This document shows positions 27,013 through 35,980 of a stretch of DNA of 64,000 nucleotides, piece by piece; the first letter of the stretch is position 1, and the number at the start of each line of letters is the position of its first letter. The stretch covers positions 14,000 through 77,999 of the forward strand of contig VBKI01000058.1 of NCBI GenBank assembly GCA_005879535.1, in the 5' to 3' direction. A program made the translations under genes and the position numbers. The DNA is from Deltaproteobacteria bacterium. Its GTDB lineage: Bacteria; Myxococcota; Myxococcia; Myxococcales; 40CM-4-68-19. The notes beneath the pieces were generated by a model that was not told the origin of the DNA, searched no databases, and saw nothing but the letters and a program-made list of their open reading frames with translations.

Positions 27013-28342
27013 GCTTGCTCCATTGCGCGCGGAAACTCTCGCGCGGCATCGGTGGCAGCTCGCGCTGCCTCGTCCAGGGATTCGGGACGTACGGCGCGAA
27101 GAGACGCAGGAGCTTCCCGAACACCCGATATGCCCAGGTGCGCGCCAGGACCCAGCCGCCGATCTTCGAGACGACGCGCTTGTGAAGGGGGACGAGGCCT
27201 TGCGCTGCCAGCTCGCCGCGCCAGGCCAGCAGCTGGTGATGCAGGTCGATGCGCACCGGGCAGACGTCGCTGCACGACCCGCACAGGGAGGACGCGAACG
27301 GCAGCGCGGCGTGCTTCTTGGCATCGACATGAGGCGCGAGGATGGACCCGATCGGACCGGCGACCGTCACGCCATAGCTGTGGCCACCGCTGCGGCGATA
27401 GACCGGGCAGGTGTTCATGCAGGCGGCGCAGCGGATGCACTTGAGCGCGTTGCGATACTCGTCGCGCGCCAGGATCCGGCTGCGCCCGTGGTCGACGATC
27501 ACGATGTGCATGCGGGCGCCGGGCCGCGGGCCGTGGAAGTGCGACGTGTACGTGGTGATCGGCTGACCCGTGGCGCTGCGGGCGAGCAGCCGCAGGAAAA
27601 CGGCCAGCTCTCGCGGCGAAGGGACGATCTTCTCGAGTCCCATGCAGGCGATGTGGATGGGGGGCAGCGAAGTCCCGAGATCCGCGTTCCCCTCGTTGGT
27701 GCAGACCACTACGCCGCCCGTCGAGGCGATGGCAAAGTTCACGCCGGTGAGGCCCGCCTGCGCGGCGAGGAACTTCCCGCGCAGATGGCCGCGCGCTGCT
27801 TCCGTCAGCTGCTTGGGATCGGCGAGGCCTTGCGGGGTTCCGATCTTCTCGTGAAAGAGCTCGCCGATCTCTTCCTTCTTGAGATGGATGGCCGGCATCA
27901 CGATGTGCGAAGGCGGTTCGCGGCGGAACTGGACGATGCGCTCGCCCAGGTCGGTGTCCACCACCTCGACGCCGTGCTCCTCGAGATACTCGTTGAGATG
28001 GCATTCCTCGGTGAGCATGGACTTGCTCTTCACCAGGCGCGTGACGCCGCTCTCGCGCAGGATCCCGTGCACGATCCGGTTGTGCTCGTCGGCATCGCGC
28101 GCCCAGTGGACCGTCGCCCCCGCGGCGACGGCATTCCGCTCGAACTGTTCCAGGTATTCGGGCAGCTTCGAGAGGGTGTGCGCCTTGATCTGCGACCCCA
28201 GGCTGCGCAGCTCTTCCCACTCCGGGACGAAGCTGCGGGCAATGTCGCGCTTGTTGCGCACGAACCAGACGGCCTGATCGTGCCAGTGCAGGCGGGCGTC
28301 GTCCTTGACGAACTCGGCTGCGCGCGCGGCGTGCTCGGTCAT
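26996..28342 (-). CDS. lutB: Lactate utilization iron-sulfur protein LutB
   Basis: 448 aa from MTEHAARAAE. LUD domain plus CIRCAACMNTCPVY and CGSCSDVCPV ferredoxin motifs. Confidence 0.88.
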   Translation of the reverse strand: MTEHAARAAEFVKDDARLHWHDQAVWFVRNKRDIARSFVPEWEELRSLGSQIKAHTLSKLPEYLEQFERNAVAAGATVHWARDADEHNRIVHGILRESGVTRLVKSKSMLTEECHLNEYLEEHGVEVVDTDLGERIVQFRREPPSHIVMPAIHLKKEEIGELFHEKIGTPQGLADPKQLTEAARGHLRGKFLAAQAGLTGVNFAIASTGGVVVCTNEGNADLGTSLPPIHIACMGLEKIVPSPRELAVFLRLLARSATGQPITTYTSHFHGPRPGARMHIVIVDHGRSRILARDEYRNALKCIRCAACMNTCPVYRRSGGHSYGVTVAGPIGSILAPHVDAKKHAALPFASSLCGSCSDVCPVRIDLHHQLLAWRGELAAQGLVPLHKRVVSKIGGWVLARTWAYRVFGKLLRLFAPYVPNPWTRQRELPPMPRESFRAQWSKRVRAR

Positions 28343-29079
28343 CGCGTTGCCTCCTCGAGCAACTCCGCGAGGTGGAGGACGCGCAACTTCTTGCCGTCCC
28401 GGCGGATGAGCCCGTCCAGGTGCATCAGGCAGGAGACATCGCCGCCGGCGATCACCTCGGATCCGGCGCGCTCGTGATCGGCGATGCGGTCGCGTCCCAT
28501 CGCGCAGGAAACCGCCTCCTCGGTCACGGCGAACGTCCCGCCGAATCCGCAGCACTCGTCGGCGCGGGCCAGCTCGGTGAGCCGCAGGCCCTCGATTCCC
28601 TCGAGCAGCGCGACGGTCTTGGAGAACGGCGGAACGAGGCGCTCGCTGCCGCTGCCCAGACGCAGCTCGCGCAGACCATGGCAGCTCTCGTGCAGCCCCA
28701 CCTTGTGTGGGAAGCGGCCGCGTGGCTTGACCTGGAGAACGTCGTGGAGGAACTCGCACAGCTCGCGCGTCTTCGCGCGCAACCGGGCGACGCCGGGATC
28801 TCCGGGCAGCAGCGTTTCGAAGTGGTTCCGCACCATGCTGGTGCAGCTTCCGGATGGGCACACCACGTGCTCGTACGGGGCGAACACGTCCAGCATCTTC
28901 CGGGCGAGCGGGCGCGCGTCGTCGAAGAACCCGGAATTCGCCATCGGCTGGCCGCAGCACGTCTGCCCCTCGGGGAACCTCACCGTGACGCCATACCGCT
29001 CGAGCAGCTCCGCCGTGGCAAGGCCGACGCGCGGGTAGAGCTGGTCGACGTAGCAAGGGACGAAGAGGGCGACCTCCAT
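28339..29079 (-). CDS. lutA: Lactate utilization protein LutA (CCG-domain Fe-S oxidoreductase)
   Basis: 246 aa, MEVALFVPCYVDQLYP...GQTCCGQP...HESCH...ECCGFGGTF, which are duplicated CCG motifs. Confidence 0.88.
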   Translation of the reverse strand: MEVALFVPCYVDQLYPRVGLATAELLERYGVTVRFPEGQTCCGQPMANSGFFDDARPLARKMLDVFAPYEHVVCPSGSCTSMVRNHFETLLPGDPGVARLRAKTRELCEFLHDVLQVKPRGRFPHKVGLHESCHGLRELRLGSGSERLVPPFSKTVALLEGIEGLRLTELARADECCGFGGTFAVTEEAVSCAMGRDRIADHERAGSEVIAGGDVSCLMHLDGLIRRDGKKLRVLHLAELLEEATR

Positions 29080-29116
29080 CGCGCGTCATTGTAGTGCAGC
29101 GCTCGCGAAAGCGCGT

Positions 29117-30034
29117 TCAGGCAGACCGGCTGCGCAGCGCTCCGCTCCGGCGCCGCCGCAAGATCAGCATCGCGCCGAACCACGCCGAATAGAAGGTGAG
29201 TAGAGTCAGCAAGGAGACCGGCAGCGCCGCGCCGTCGTACTTCGCCCGGCGCAACACGACGTACAGATCTCCCGCGAAGCCGGGCCCGAGCAGCGCAAGG
29301 GCGAGCAGCAGCATCCTCGAGGCGAAGGCGTGGAACCGCTCCGTGTCCCGCCCGCGCTCGACGATGCGGTGATAGGCGGGCGGCGACATCAGCACGATCG
29401 TCGCGAGCGCCACGAATCCGAGGCTCCCGAGATGGACCAGCTGCACTCCCCGCGAGAGCTGCGGGAATGTCTCCATCAGCACCATCGCGAGCTGGAATCC
29501 GAGCAGCGCCTGCACGCCCGGCAAGAGAATGCGGGTTTCTGTGAGCACCTCGACAATCCGGTGCTCGAGCGGCGTGTCTTCCACGGCGTCCTCCGGTTCC
29601 TCTTCCTCCTGGCGATCGGTCCGGAAGAAATGGCCGTACCAGAGCGCGAGGGCAGCGACGAATGCGATGGCGCCGGACGCGGCTCCGGCCCACGGCCCGG
29701 CAATGCGGTTTCCGGCGATGGCCAGATCGAAGCTCAGACCGACCGCGAACGGCAGGAGCACGACGCGCATCACCGTCATGGTGAAGTGATGGAAGCGCGC
29801 GGTATCGCGTCCGCGCTCCACGATCCGGTGCCGCGCCGGCGGCAGGAAGAGCGCCCCGAGCGTGAAGAGCAGTGCGAGCAAGGCGCCCAGCTCCAGCGCT
29901 CGCTCGGCGGGGCCGAGCTTCTCGTAGCCCTTCTCGAAGAACGCCCGATACTGGAAGCCGAGCAGCACCTGCGCTCCCAGGACCAGGATGCGGGCCTCGT
30001 CCAAGGCGTTCTTCACCTTGCCATGCAGGGCCAC
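29117..30034 (-). CDS. Integral membrane protein made of two homologous halves (DUF6328-like)
   Basis: 305 aa. The two halves share ARILVLGAQVLLGFQY / TRILLPGVQALLGFQL and ARHRIVERGRDTARFHHF / AYHRIVERGRDTERFHAF. They are separated by an acidic linker (QEEEEPEDAVED). Confidence 0.7.
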   Translation of the reverse strand: MALHGKVKNALDEARILVLGAQVLLGFQYRAFFEKGYEKLGPAERALELGALLALLFTLGALFLPPARHRIVERGRDTARFHHFTMTVMRVVLLPFAVGLSFDLAIAGNRIAGPWAGAASGAIAFVAALALWYGHFFRTDRQEEEEPEDAVEDTPLEHRIVEVLTETRILLPGVQALLGFQLAMVLMETFPQLSRGVQLVHLGSLGFVALATIVLMSPPAYHRIVERGRDTERFHAFASRMLLLALALLGPGFAGDLYVVLRRAKYDGAALPVSLLTLLTFYSAWFGAMLILRRRRSGALRSRSA

Positions 30035-30100
30035 ACCGAAATGTGCGGCGCGCGGACCGCAGTCGCAAACGGGCGTCCGGTCGTCTGGTAGGAAGGAGGG

Positions 30101-31306
30101 GTGCGTTTCTCGGCTCTCCGCTCGCGCGATTTCCGTCTCCTCCTCGCCGGCCAGGCGGTCTCCCTGACGGGCTCGCAGATGCAGCAGGTGGCAATGGTCT
30201 GGCAGCTCTACCTGCTCACCAATTCACCGCTCTCGCTCGGCCTGCTTGGGGCCTTCCGCGTCACCCCGATCCTCTTGCTCGCTCTCGGCGGCGGCGTGGC
30301 GGCGGATGCCCTCGATCGCCGCAAGCTGATGCTCGCCAGCCAGGTCGGGATGATGCTGGCCTCCGTCGGACTCTTCGCCGCCACAGCCGCACACGCGGTG
30401 ACGCCGGCGATCATCTACGGCCTGGCTGCGCTGGGCGGCGTGGCTTCGGCATTCGACGCGCCCGCGCGGCAGTCGCTCCTGCCGCGGCTGGTGGGGGCGC
30501 AGGAGCTTCCCAACGCGCTCAGCCTTTACACGACGGTCTACGAGATTGCCGCCATTGCCGGGCCGGCGCTGGGTGGCGCGATGCTCGCCTGGAAGGGGGT
30601 GCTGCCGATCTACGCGCTCGACGTCGTCTCCTTCGTCGCCGTGATCGTCGCGCTGCTCGCGATGGAGCACCGCGCGCCGTCGACCGGCATCGCCGGCCTT
30701 CGCGCGGGCGCGGTGCTGGAAGGGCTGCGATTCCTGCGGCGGACGCCGCTGATCCTGGCCACGATGCTGCTCGACTTCGCGGCCACGTTCCTCGCCGGGT
30801 CGCTGCTCCTGCTGCCGATCTTCGCCGATCAGCTCCTGCGCGTCGGCCCGCGCGGCCTCGGGCTGCTCTTCGCGGCGCAACCCGTCGGCGCTGCCGTGGC
30901 CGGTCTCCTTCTCTCGGTGATTCCCACCGTCCGCCGGCAGGGCCGCGCGCTGCTCCTCGCCGTCGCCATCTACGGGGCGGCCATCGCCGTGTTCGGCGTT
31001 TCAGCCTGGTTTCCGCTCTCCCTCTTCGCCCTCGCGGTCTCCGGCGCCGCGGATACGATCAGCATGGTGATGCGGCAAACGCTCCGTCAAATGCTCACAC
31101 CCGACGAGCTGCGGGGCCGGATGACTTCCGTCAACATGATGTTCTTCATTGGAGGTCCGCAGCTCGGAGAGGTCGAAGCCGGCGTCGTGGCGAAGCTCGC
31201 CGGGGTCCGCTTTTCGGTGTGGTCGGGAGGGGCGCTCTGCATCCTCGCCGCTCTGGCGGCCGCGTCGCTGGTGCCGTCGCTGCGCAAGTACGAGCATCGG
31301 GTATAG
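30101..31306 (+). CDS. MFS transporter
   Basis: 401 aa with about 12 TM segments and the N-terminal FRLLLAGQAVSLTGSQMQQVAMVW pattern common in MFS (enterobactin-exporter-like) proteins. Confidence 0.8.
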   Translation: MRFSALRSRDFRLLLAGQAVSLTGSQMQQVAMVWQLYLLTNSPLSLGLLGAFRVTPILLLALGGGVAADALDRRKLMLASQVGMMLASVGLFAATAAHAVTPAIIYGLAALGGVASAFDAPARQSLLPRLVGAQELPNALSLYTTVYEIAAIAGPALGGAMLAWKGVLPIYALDVVSFVAVIVALLAMEHRAPSTGIAGLRAGAVLEGLRFLRRTPLILATMLLDFAATFLAGSLLLLPIFADQLLRVGPRGLGLLFAAQPVGAAVAGLLLSVIPTVRRQGRALLLAVAIYGAAIAVFGVSAWFPLSLFALAVSGAADTISMVMRQTLRQMLTPDELRGRMTSVNMMFFIGGPQLGEVEAGVVAKLAGVRFSVWSGGALCILAALAAASLVPSLRKYEHRV

Positions 31307-31315
31307 AGTTCGCGC

Positions 31316-32455
31316 ATGCCGGACGTCGTGGTCGTGGGCGCGGGCGTGATCGGCGCCAGCGTCGCATGGCACCTGTCGCGGCTCGGCGTCCGCACGCTGC
31401 TGCTGGAGCGCGAGCCCGAGCCAGGGAAGGGCAGCACCGGGCGCGCGACGGGCGGCTTTCGCGCGCAGTACGGCACCGACATCAACGTGCGACTGTCGTT
31501 GCTCTCGCGCGAGAAGCTGCGCCGGTTCATCGACGACACGGGCGTCGATCCGGGCTATGACCCGCGGGGATATCTCTGGCTCGCGCGCACCGAAGCCCAG
31601 CTCGACATCCTCCGCGGCGCGCAGGATGTGCAGCTCGCGGCCGGGCTCGTGGAAGCCTCCATGCTGGATCTCCGCCAGATCCGCGAGGTGAACCCATACA
31701 TCCGCCTCGACGGTCTCGCCGGCGCGGCGTTTTGCCCGACCGATGGATACATCCGGCCCCTCGACATCCTCCGCGGCTACTTGCGCGGAGCGCAGGTGCG
31801 AACGAGCGCCCGCGTCACCGGACTGCGCCGGCGGGGCTCGCGAATCGAGGCGGTCCAGCTCGCCGACGGGTCGGAGATCCCCGCCGGCGCCGTCGTCGAC
31901 GCCGCTGGACCCTGGGCGGGGCCGGTCGCGCGGCTGGCGGGTGTCGACGTTCCGGTAGCGCCGCTGCGCCGGCAGGTTGGATCGACAGTCGATACCGAAG
32001 TCCTGCCCGCTGCGATGCCGATGACGGTGTGGGTGGAGGATGCATTCCACGTCCGCGCGCGCGACGGCCGCGTCCTCTTGGTGTGGCCGACGCCGGGCGA
32101 CCCGCGCGACCCGGAATCGACCGCCGTCGAGCAAGACTGGCTCGAGCAGGTGCGGGAAAAGGCCGCGGAGCGGGTGCCACCGCTTGCCGGAATCCCCGTG
32201 GACCCTACCCGGTCCTGGGCGGGTCTGTACGAGATGTCGCCCGACCAGCACGCGCTGCTCGGCCGCGCGCCGGAATGCGACAACCTGTACCTCTGCAACG
32301 GCTCCTCCGGGCACGGCGTCATGCACTCGCCGGCGCTCGGGCAGCTGCTGGCCGAGATCATCGTGCACGGCCAGTCGCGTTCGCTCGACGTGGAGGCGCT
32401 GCGGCCTTCGCGCTTCGCCGAAGGACGACCGAACCGCGCGACGCAGATCCTGTAG
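31316..32455 (+). CDS. FAD-dependent oxidoreductase (DAO / sarcosine-oxidase-beta-like)
   Basis: DVVVVGAGVIGASVAWHLS dinucleotide-binding motif. 379 aa. C-terminal GSSGHGVMHSPALG is typical of the DAO family. Confidence 0.8.
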   Translation: MPDVVVVGAGVIGASVAWHLSRLGVRTLLLEREPEPGKGSTGRATGGFRAQYGTDINVRLSLLSREKLRRFIDDTGVDPGYDPRGYLWLARTEAQLDILRGAQDVQLAAGLVEASMLDLRQIREVNPYIRLDGLAGAAFCPTDGYIRPLDILRGYLRGAQVRTSARVTGLRRRGSRIEAVQLADGSEIPAGAVVDAAGPWAGPVARLAGVDVPVAPLRRQVGSTVDTEVLPAAMPMTVWVEDAFHVRARDGRVLLVWPTPGDPRDPESTAVEQDWLEQVREKAAERVPPLAGIPVDPTRSWAGLYEMSPDQHALLGRAPECDNLYLCNGSSGHGVMHSPALGQLLAEIIVHGQSRSLDVEALRPSRFAEGRPNRATQIL

Positions 32456-32477
32456 AGTGAGCGGCGGAGGCGGAACG

Positions 32478-33116
32478 GTGAAGCTGGAATTCTGGGCGCT
32501 GGCATTGGCCGCGGCTTCGGTGGGAGCGCTGCATTCGCTTGCCCCTGACCACTGGGTCCCTTTTGCGGCGTTGGCCCGGGCGCGGCGCTGGTCTGCGGGA
32601 AAGACGGCGCGCATCACGCTCGCTTGTGGCCTGGGCCACGTGACCGTGTCCGCCGCGCTGGGCGCGCTCGCCGTCGTTCTCGGGCTCGGCGCGCTCCAGA
32701 TCTGGGGCCAGCGGCTGGAGTCGGTGGCGGGCCTGCTCCTGATCGGCTTCGGGCTCGCGTACGGGATCTGGGGGTTGCGCAAGGCGATGCGCGAGAAGCT
32801 GCATGCCCACTCGCACGTCGCCGTGGACGATCCGTCGCGGCTGACCGCCTGGACCCTCTTTCTGCTCTTCTCCGCCGACCCTTGCGTCGCCGTGATGCCC
32901 ATCCTCTTCGCCGCGGCGCCGCTCGGCGTCTGGCCGGCGATCGCCGTCGTCCTGACGTACGAGCTGGCGACGCTCGCAGCCATGCTTCCGCTGGTGCTCT
33001 TCTCGCGCGCAGGCGCCGCGACGCTGAGCTGGCACTGGCTGGAGCACTATGGAGACGGCGCCGCCGGGGGCGTGATCGCGGCCGTCGGCGTGGCCGTCGT
33101 GCTGCTCGGTATTTGA
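32478..33116 (+). CDS. Metal-transporter-like membrane protein (NicO/UreH-like, tentative)
   Basis: 212 aa from GTG with GGAGG 7 nt upstream. Six predicted TM segments, HSLAPDHW and GLGH motifs, and a His-rich loop HAHSH. Confidence 0.55.
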   Translation: MKLEFWALALAAASVGALHSLAPDHWVPFAALARARRWSAGKTARITLACGLGHVTVSAALGALAVVLGLGALQIWGQRLESVAGLLLIGFGLAYGIWGLRKAMREKLHAHSHVAVDDPSRLTAWTLFLLFSADPCVAVMPILFAAAPLGVWPAIAVVLTYELATLAAMLPLVLFSRAGAATLSWHWLEHYGDGAAGGVIAAVGVAVVLLGI

Positions 33117-33117
33117 C

Positions 33118-34374
33118 TCAGGGAATCAGGCGCGCCGCGGCGGCCGCGCCCGATCGCGCCACGTCAGGGACGCCCACGCCATCCCAGGCGGCGCCGGCCA
33201 GCTCGAGGCGGCGGCATCGAACGAGCAGATCGCGCGCCTCTCGCACTCGGTCGCGGTGACCCGGCGCATATTGCGGGATCGCTTCGGGCCAGCGGACGAT
33301 CCGCACGTAGTCCGGCGCGTCACTGACTCCCCAGGTCGAGCGCAGATCGCGCACCACGCCGGCGACGAGCTCGCGATCGTCGAGCGCGGCGCGCTCGGGA
33401 TGCCTGGCGCCGCCGCAGATGGCGGTGACGAGCGCGCGACCTTCCGGGGCGCGGCCGGGGAGCATGCTGCCCGGCAGCAGCATGCCGACGCTGTGCAAGG
33501 TTCCCTCGCTATCGATCAATCCGAATCCGCGGGGCAGCGTTTCCTGCCGCAATCCGACGTGGACGACGGCGACAGGGGCACTCTGGAACTGCCCGGCCAG
33601 GTCCGCGAAGCGGGGAGCGAATCCTCTCGTCAGCTCCGCGGCCGCGGCAGCGGGGACGGCGAGGACCACGCCGTCGAATCGCTCGCCCTGGACCGACCAG
33701 CCGTCCTCGGACGGCGCGAGCTGACGGGCGCGCGTTCCGAGCCGGATGCGCAAGCCCAGCGACTTCGCAAGCGCCTCGGGCAGCGTTCCCAGGCCACCGC
33801 GAAGCGTCCAGATTCCAGCGCGCGGTCCCTTGGGCCGGCGGATCGCGTGCAGCAAGAGGGATCCCTTCTCGGCCATCGCGCCGAGCGAAGGAAACGCGTC
33901 GCGGGCCGAGAGGCGGGCGGGATCCCCAGCGTAGACGCCCGCACTCAGGACCGAAGCGGCGATGCCGCCGGCTCGCTTCCCCAACCGGCGCTCGAGGAAG
34001 ACCGAGAGCGGAACGTCCTCCCGCAGCGGCCTTGCGAACAGCGGCTCGAGCAGCACGCGCCCCACGCCAATCTGCGCGAGGAGCGCGAGGCTCGGCGCCC
34101 GAAGGACTCGGCCGTCCAGGTGGATCCAGCGGGTGGTCGGAGGCCGCGGCTCGACCACTTCGGCGCGCAACCCGCTCGCCTCGAGCAACGCGTCGAGCGG
34201 ACGCCCGAGGAAGTTCGGTCCGTCCTCGGTGAGGTATCCGCGCTCCGAAAAACTTCCGACTTTGCCGCCCGGGCGCGCATCGGCCTCGAAGACGACCGGA
34301 TCGGCTCCCCGGCGGAGCAGCTCGTGCGCCGCGGCAAGACCCGCGATTCCGCCGCCGATCACCGCGATCCGCAC
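33118..34374 (-). CDS. hemY: Protoporphyrinogen/coproporphyrinogen oxidase (FAD, HemY type)
   Basis: MRIAVIGGGIAGLAAAHEL...FEADARPGGKV...GPNFL N-terminus and a C-terminal GAAWDGVGVPD are typical of HemY-type amine-oxidase-fold PPOs. Confidence 0.8.
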   Translation of the reverse strand: MRIAVIGGGIAGLAAAHELLRRGADPVVFEADARPGGKVGSFSERGYLTEDGPNFLGRPLDALLEASGLRAEVVEPRPPTTRWIHLDGRVLRAPSLALLAQIGVGRVLLEPLFARPLREDVPLSVFLERRLGKRAGGIAASVLSAGVYAGDPARLSARDAFPSLGAMAEKGSLLLHAIRRPKGPRAGIWTLRGGLGTLPEALAKSLGLRIRLGTRARQLAPSEDGWSVQGERFDGVVLAVPAAAAAELTRGFAPRFADLAGQFQSAPVAVVHVGLRQETLPRGFGLIDSEGTLHSVGMLLPGSMLPGRAPEGRALVTAICGGARHPERAALDDRELVAGVVRDLRSTWGVSDAPDYVRIVRWPEAIPQYAPGHRDRVREARDLLVRCRRLELAGAAWDGVGVPDVARSGAAAAARLIP

Positions 34375-34386
34375 GACCGGCGCCTC

Positions 34387-35268
34387 TCAGGCCATCAGAT
34401 GTCCGGGGATCGCGATGTTGTCCCCGCCCATCACCGGTCCCACCGGCACGAACGGCGGCGCGAACGTGGGGATCGGCCCCTTGCCCAGGACCAGCATCAC
34501 TTGCTGCGACGGCAGCCACATGAGGAAAGCGATCGAGAGCACGGTGGCGATGGCGTCGTGCAGCGCGTGGTAGTGCTTCTCCGGATCCTTTTCCTTGAGC
34601 CCGCCGTCGAGCGCGTCGTCCATCTCCTTCGTCATGGTGTCCGGCAGGATGATGTCGGTCATCTTGGAGGAGATGCAGCAGATCAGCGGCATGGGGACGT
34701 TGGGCATCGGCGGCGCCATCGGGCCCGGAAACGCGGCGAACGCCGGGTACCAGGGAAGGCCCGGCACCGTGACCTGGTCCTGCCAGTTCTTGAACGCTTT
34801 CGAGATGCCCTTCGCCACCGCGTCGCGGTGCTTCGCCTTGTTGCCGGTGAACGACGCGCACGACGGCGCGTTCTTGATCTGGCTCTCCAGCTCCGGCCCG
34901 TCCAGACAGCCCGGGGATCCGATGGCGCAGACTGCCATGATCTGGAGGTTCTGGAACTTCGCCTGCAGCTTCCACATCTGGTGGGCGAACTGCACGGCGT
35001 CGATCATCGCGTCGTGGAAATCCTTGAAGTCCTGGCCGATCTTGTCGCAGGTCTGCTGGTAATACTTGTAGCCGGGCTTCTGCGGCTGGAACCACGGCGG
35101 GATGGTCTGCGGCACGGCGGTCATCTCGCCGGGCTCCTGATCGCGATCTTTGAAGAACTTCTCCGCCCAGCCCTTGGCCCCGCCCGACGCCTTCTGCGTG
35201 GGCAGCTTCAGGTTGTTCGACATGAACTTGACGTTCCCGAGGATCTTGATCGGGCTCAGACCGGGCAT
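34387..35268 (-). CDS. Hypothetical protein (293 aa), no recognisable family
   Basis: Continuous ORF with very high G/C at third codon positions but a Lys/Gln/Phe/Met/Pro-rich composition. GGGGGA RBS. No signal peptide or TM segment. Pro-rich segments PGLPWYPAFAAFPGPMAPPMPNVPMPL and GPIPTFAPPFVPVGPV. The stop lies 12 bp before the hemY start. Confidence 0.75.
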   Translation of the reverse strand: MPGLSPIKILGNVKFMSNNLKLPTQKASGGAKGWAEKFFKDRDQEPGEMTAVPQTIPPWFQPQKPGYKYYQQTCDKIGQDFKDFHDAMIDAVQFAHQMWKLQAKFQNLQIMAVCAIGSPGCLDGPELESQIKNAPSCASFTGNKAKHRDAVAKGISKAFKNWQDQVTVPGLPWYPAFAAFPGPMAPPMPNVPMPLICCISSKMTDIILPDTMTKEMDDALDGGLKEKDPEKHYHALHDAIATVLSIAFLMWLPSQQVMLVLGKGPIPTFAPPFVPVGPVMGGDNIAIPGHLMA

Positions 35269-35290
35269 TACTTCCCCCGCACAAAGATTA

Positions 35291-35776
35291 TCACGGCCCG
35301 AGCGTCGGGTCGCGGCGCAGCGCGGCGATGGTCTCCGCCAGCTCGGGCACGTCGAGCTTCTCCAGCTCCCGCACGATCTTTTCCACCCGCTCGCGCGTCT
35401 CCGATTTCAGCCGCGACGCCGCGGCCTGCCGGGCGGCCATCGCTTCGATCTCGCGCGGCTCGACGGATGCCATCTGCTTCGACCAGGGACGGGCCACGGT
35501 ATCGCGCAGCGTCACCACTTCGACGCCCACGCCGGTCTGTTCCGCCACCCGCTTGCGCTGCTCGGGCGTGAGGGCGACGCGCGTCTCCGGTCCCGACGCG
35601 CCCGCCGGCGTCATCGCTGCCTCCAGCGCCTTGGCCATGTTCGCCAGCTCGACGCAGCTTTCCCGAAGGCGCTCCGCCATCTGCTTCAGCAGCTCAGGAT
35701 CCTTCTCCTCCACCATGCGCATGGCGAAGCTCGCGGCATCCGCCTGCTTCTTCTGGAGCTCTGCCAGGTCTGCCAT
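35291..35776 (-). CDS. Hypothetical helical protein (161 aa)
   Basis: MADLAELQKKQADAASFAMRMVEEKDPELLKQMAERLRESCVEL... is a predicted all-helical, charged protein. It lies 22 bp upstream of the 293-aa ORF on the same strand. Confidence 0.65.
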   Translation of the reverse strand: MADLAELQKKQADAASFAMRMVEEKDPELLKQMAERLRESCVELANMAKALEAAMTPAGASGPETRVALTPEQRKRVAEQTGVGVEVVTLRDTVARPWSKQMASVEPREIEAMAARQAAASRLKSETRERVEKIVRELEKLDVPELAETIAALRRDPTLGP

Positions 35777-35980
35777 CGCTCCATTCTACGGCGAACTGGG
35801 GAACGCGGTGTCCCCGGCGCGGAAACGCGGGTGCGAAACGGAGAAATCGCGCGCGCAGGTGGGCCATCCGCCTTCTCCGTCCGTCTCCTGGCGGACGGCA
35901 ATTCCTTCCGGCGCCACGCGATTTTCGACATTCTGGATTGGCGGGATGCTTGCTCACGCGCTGCGTGGGGAGGTGGAGGG

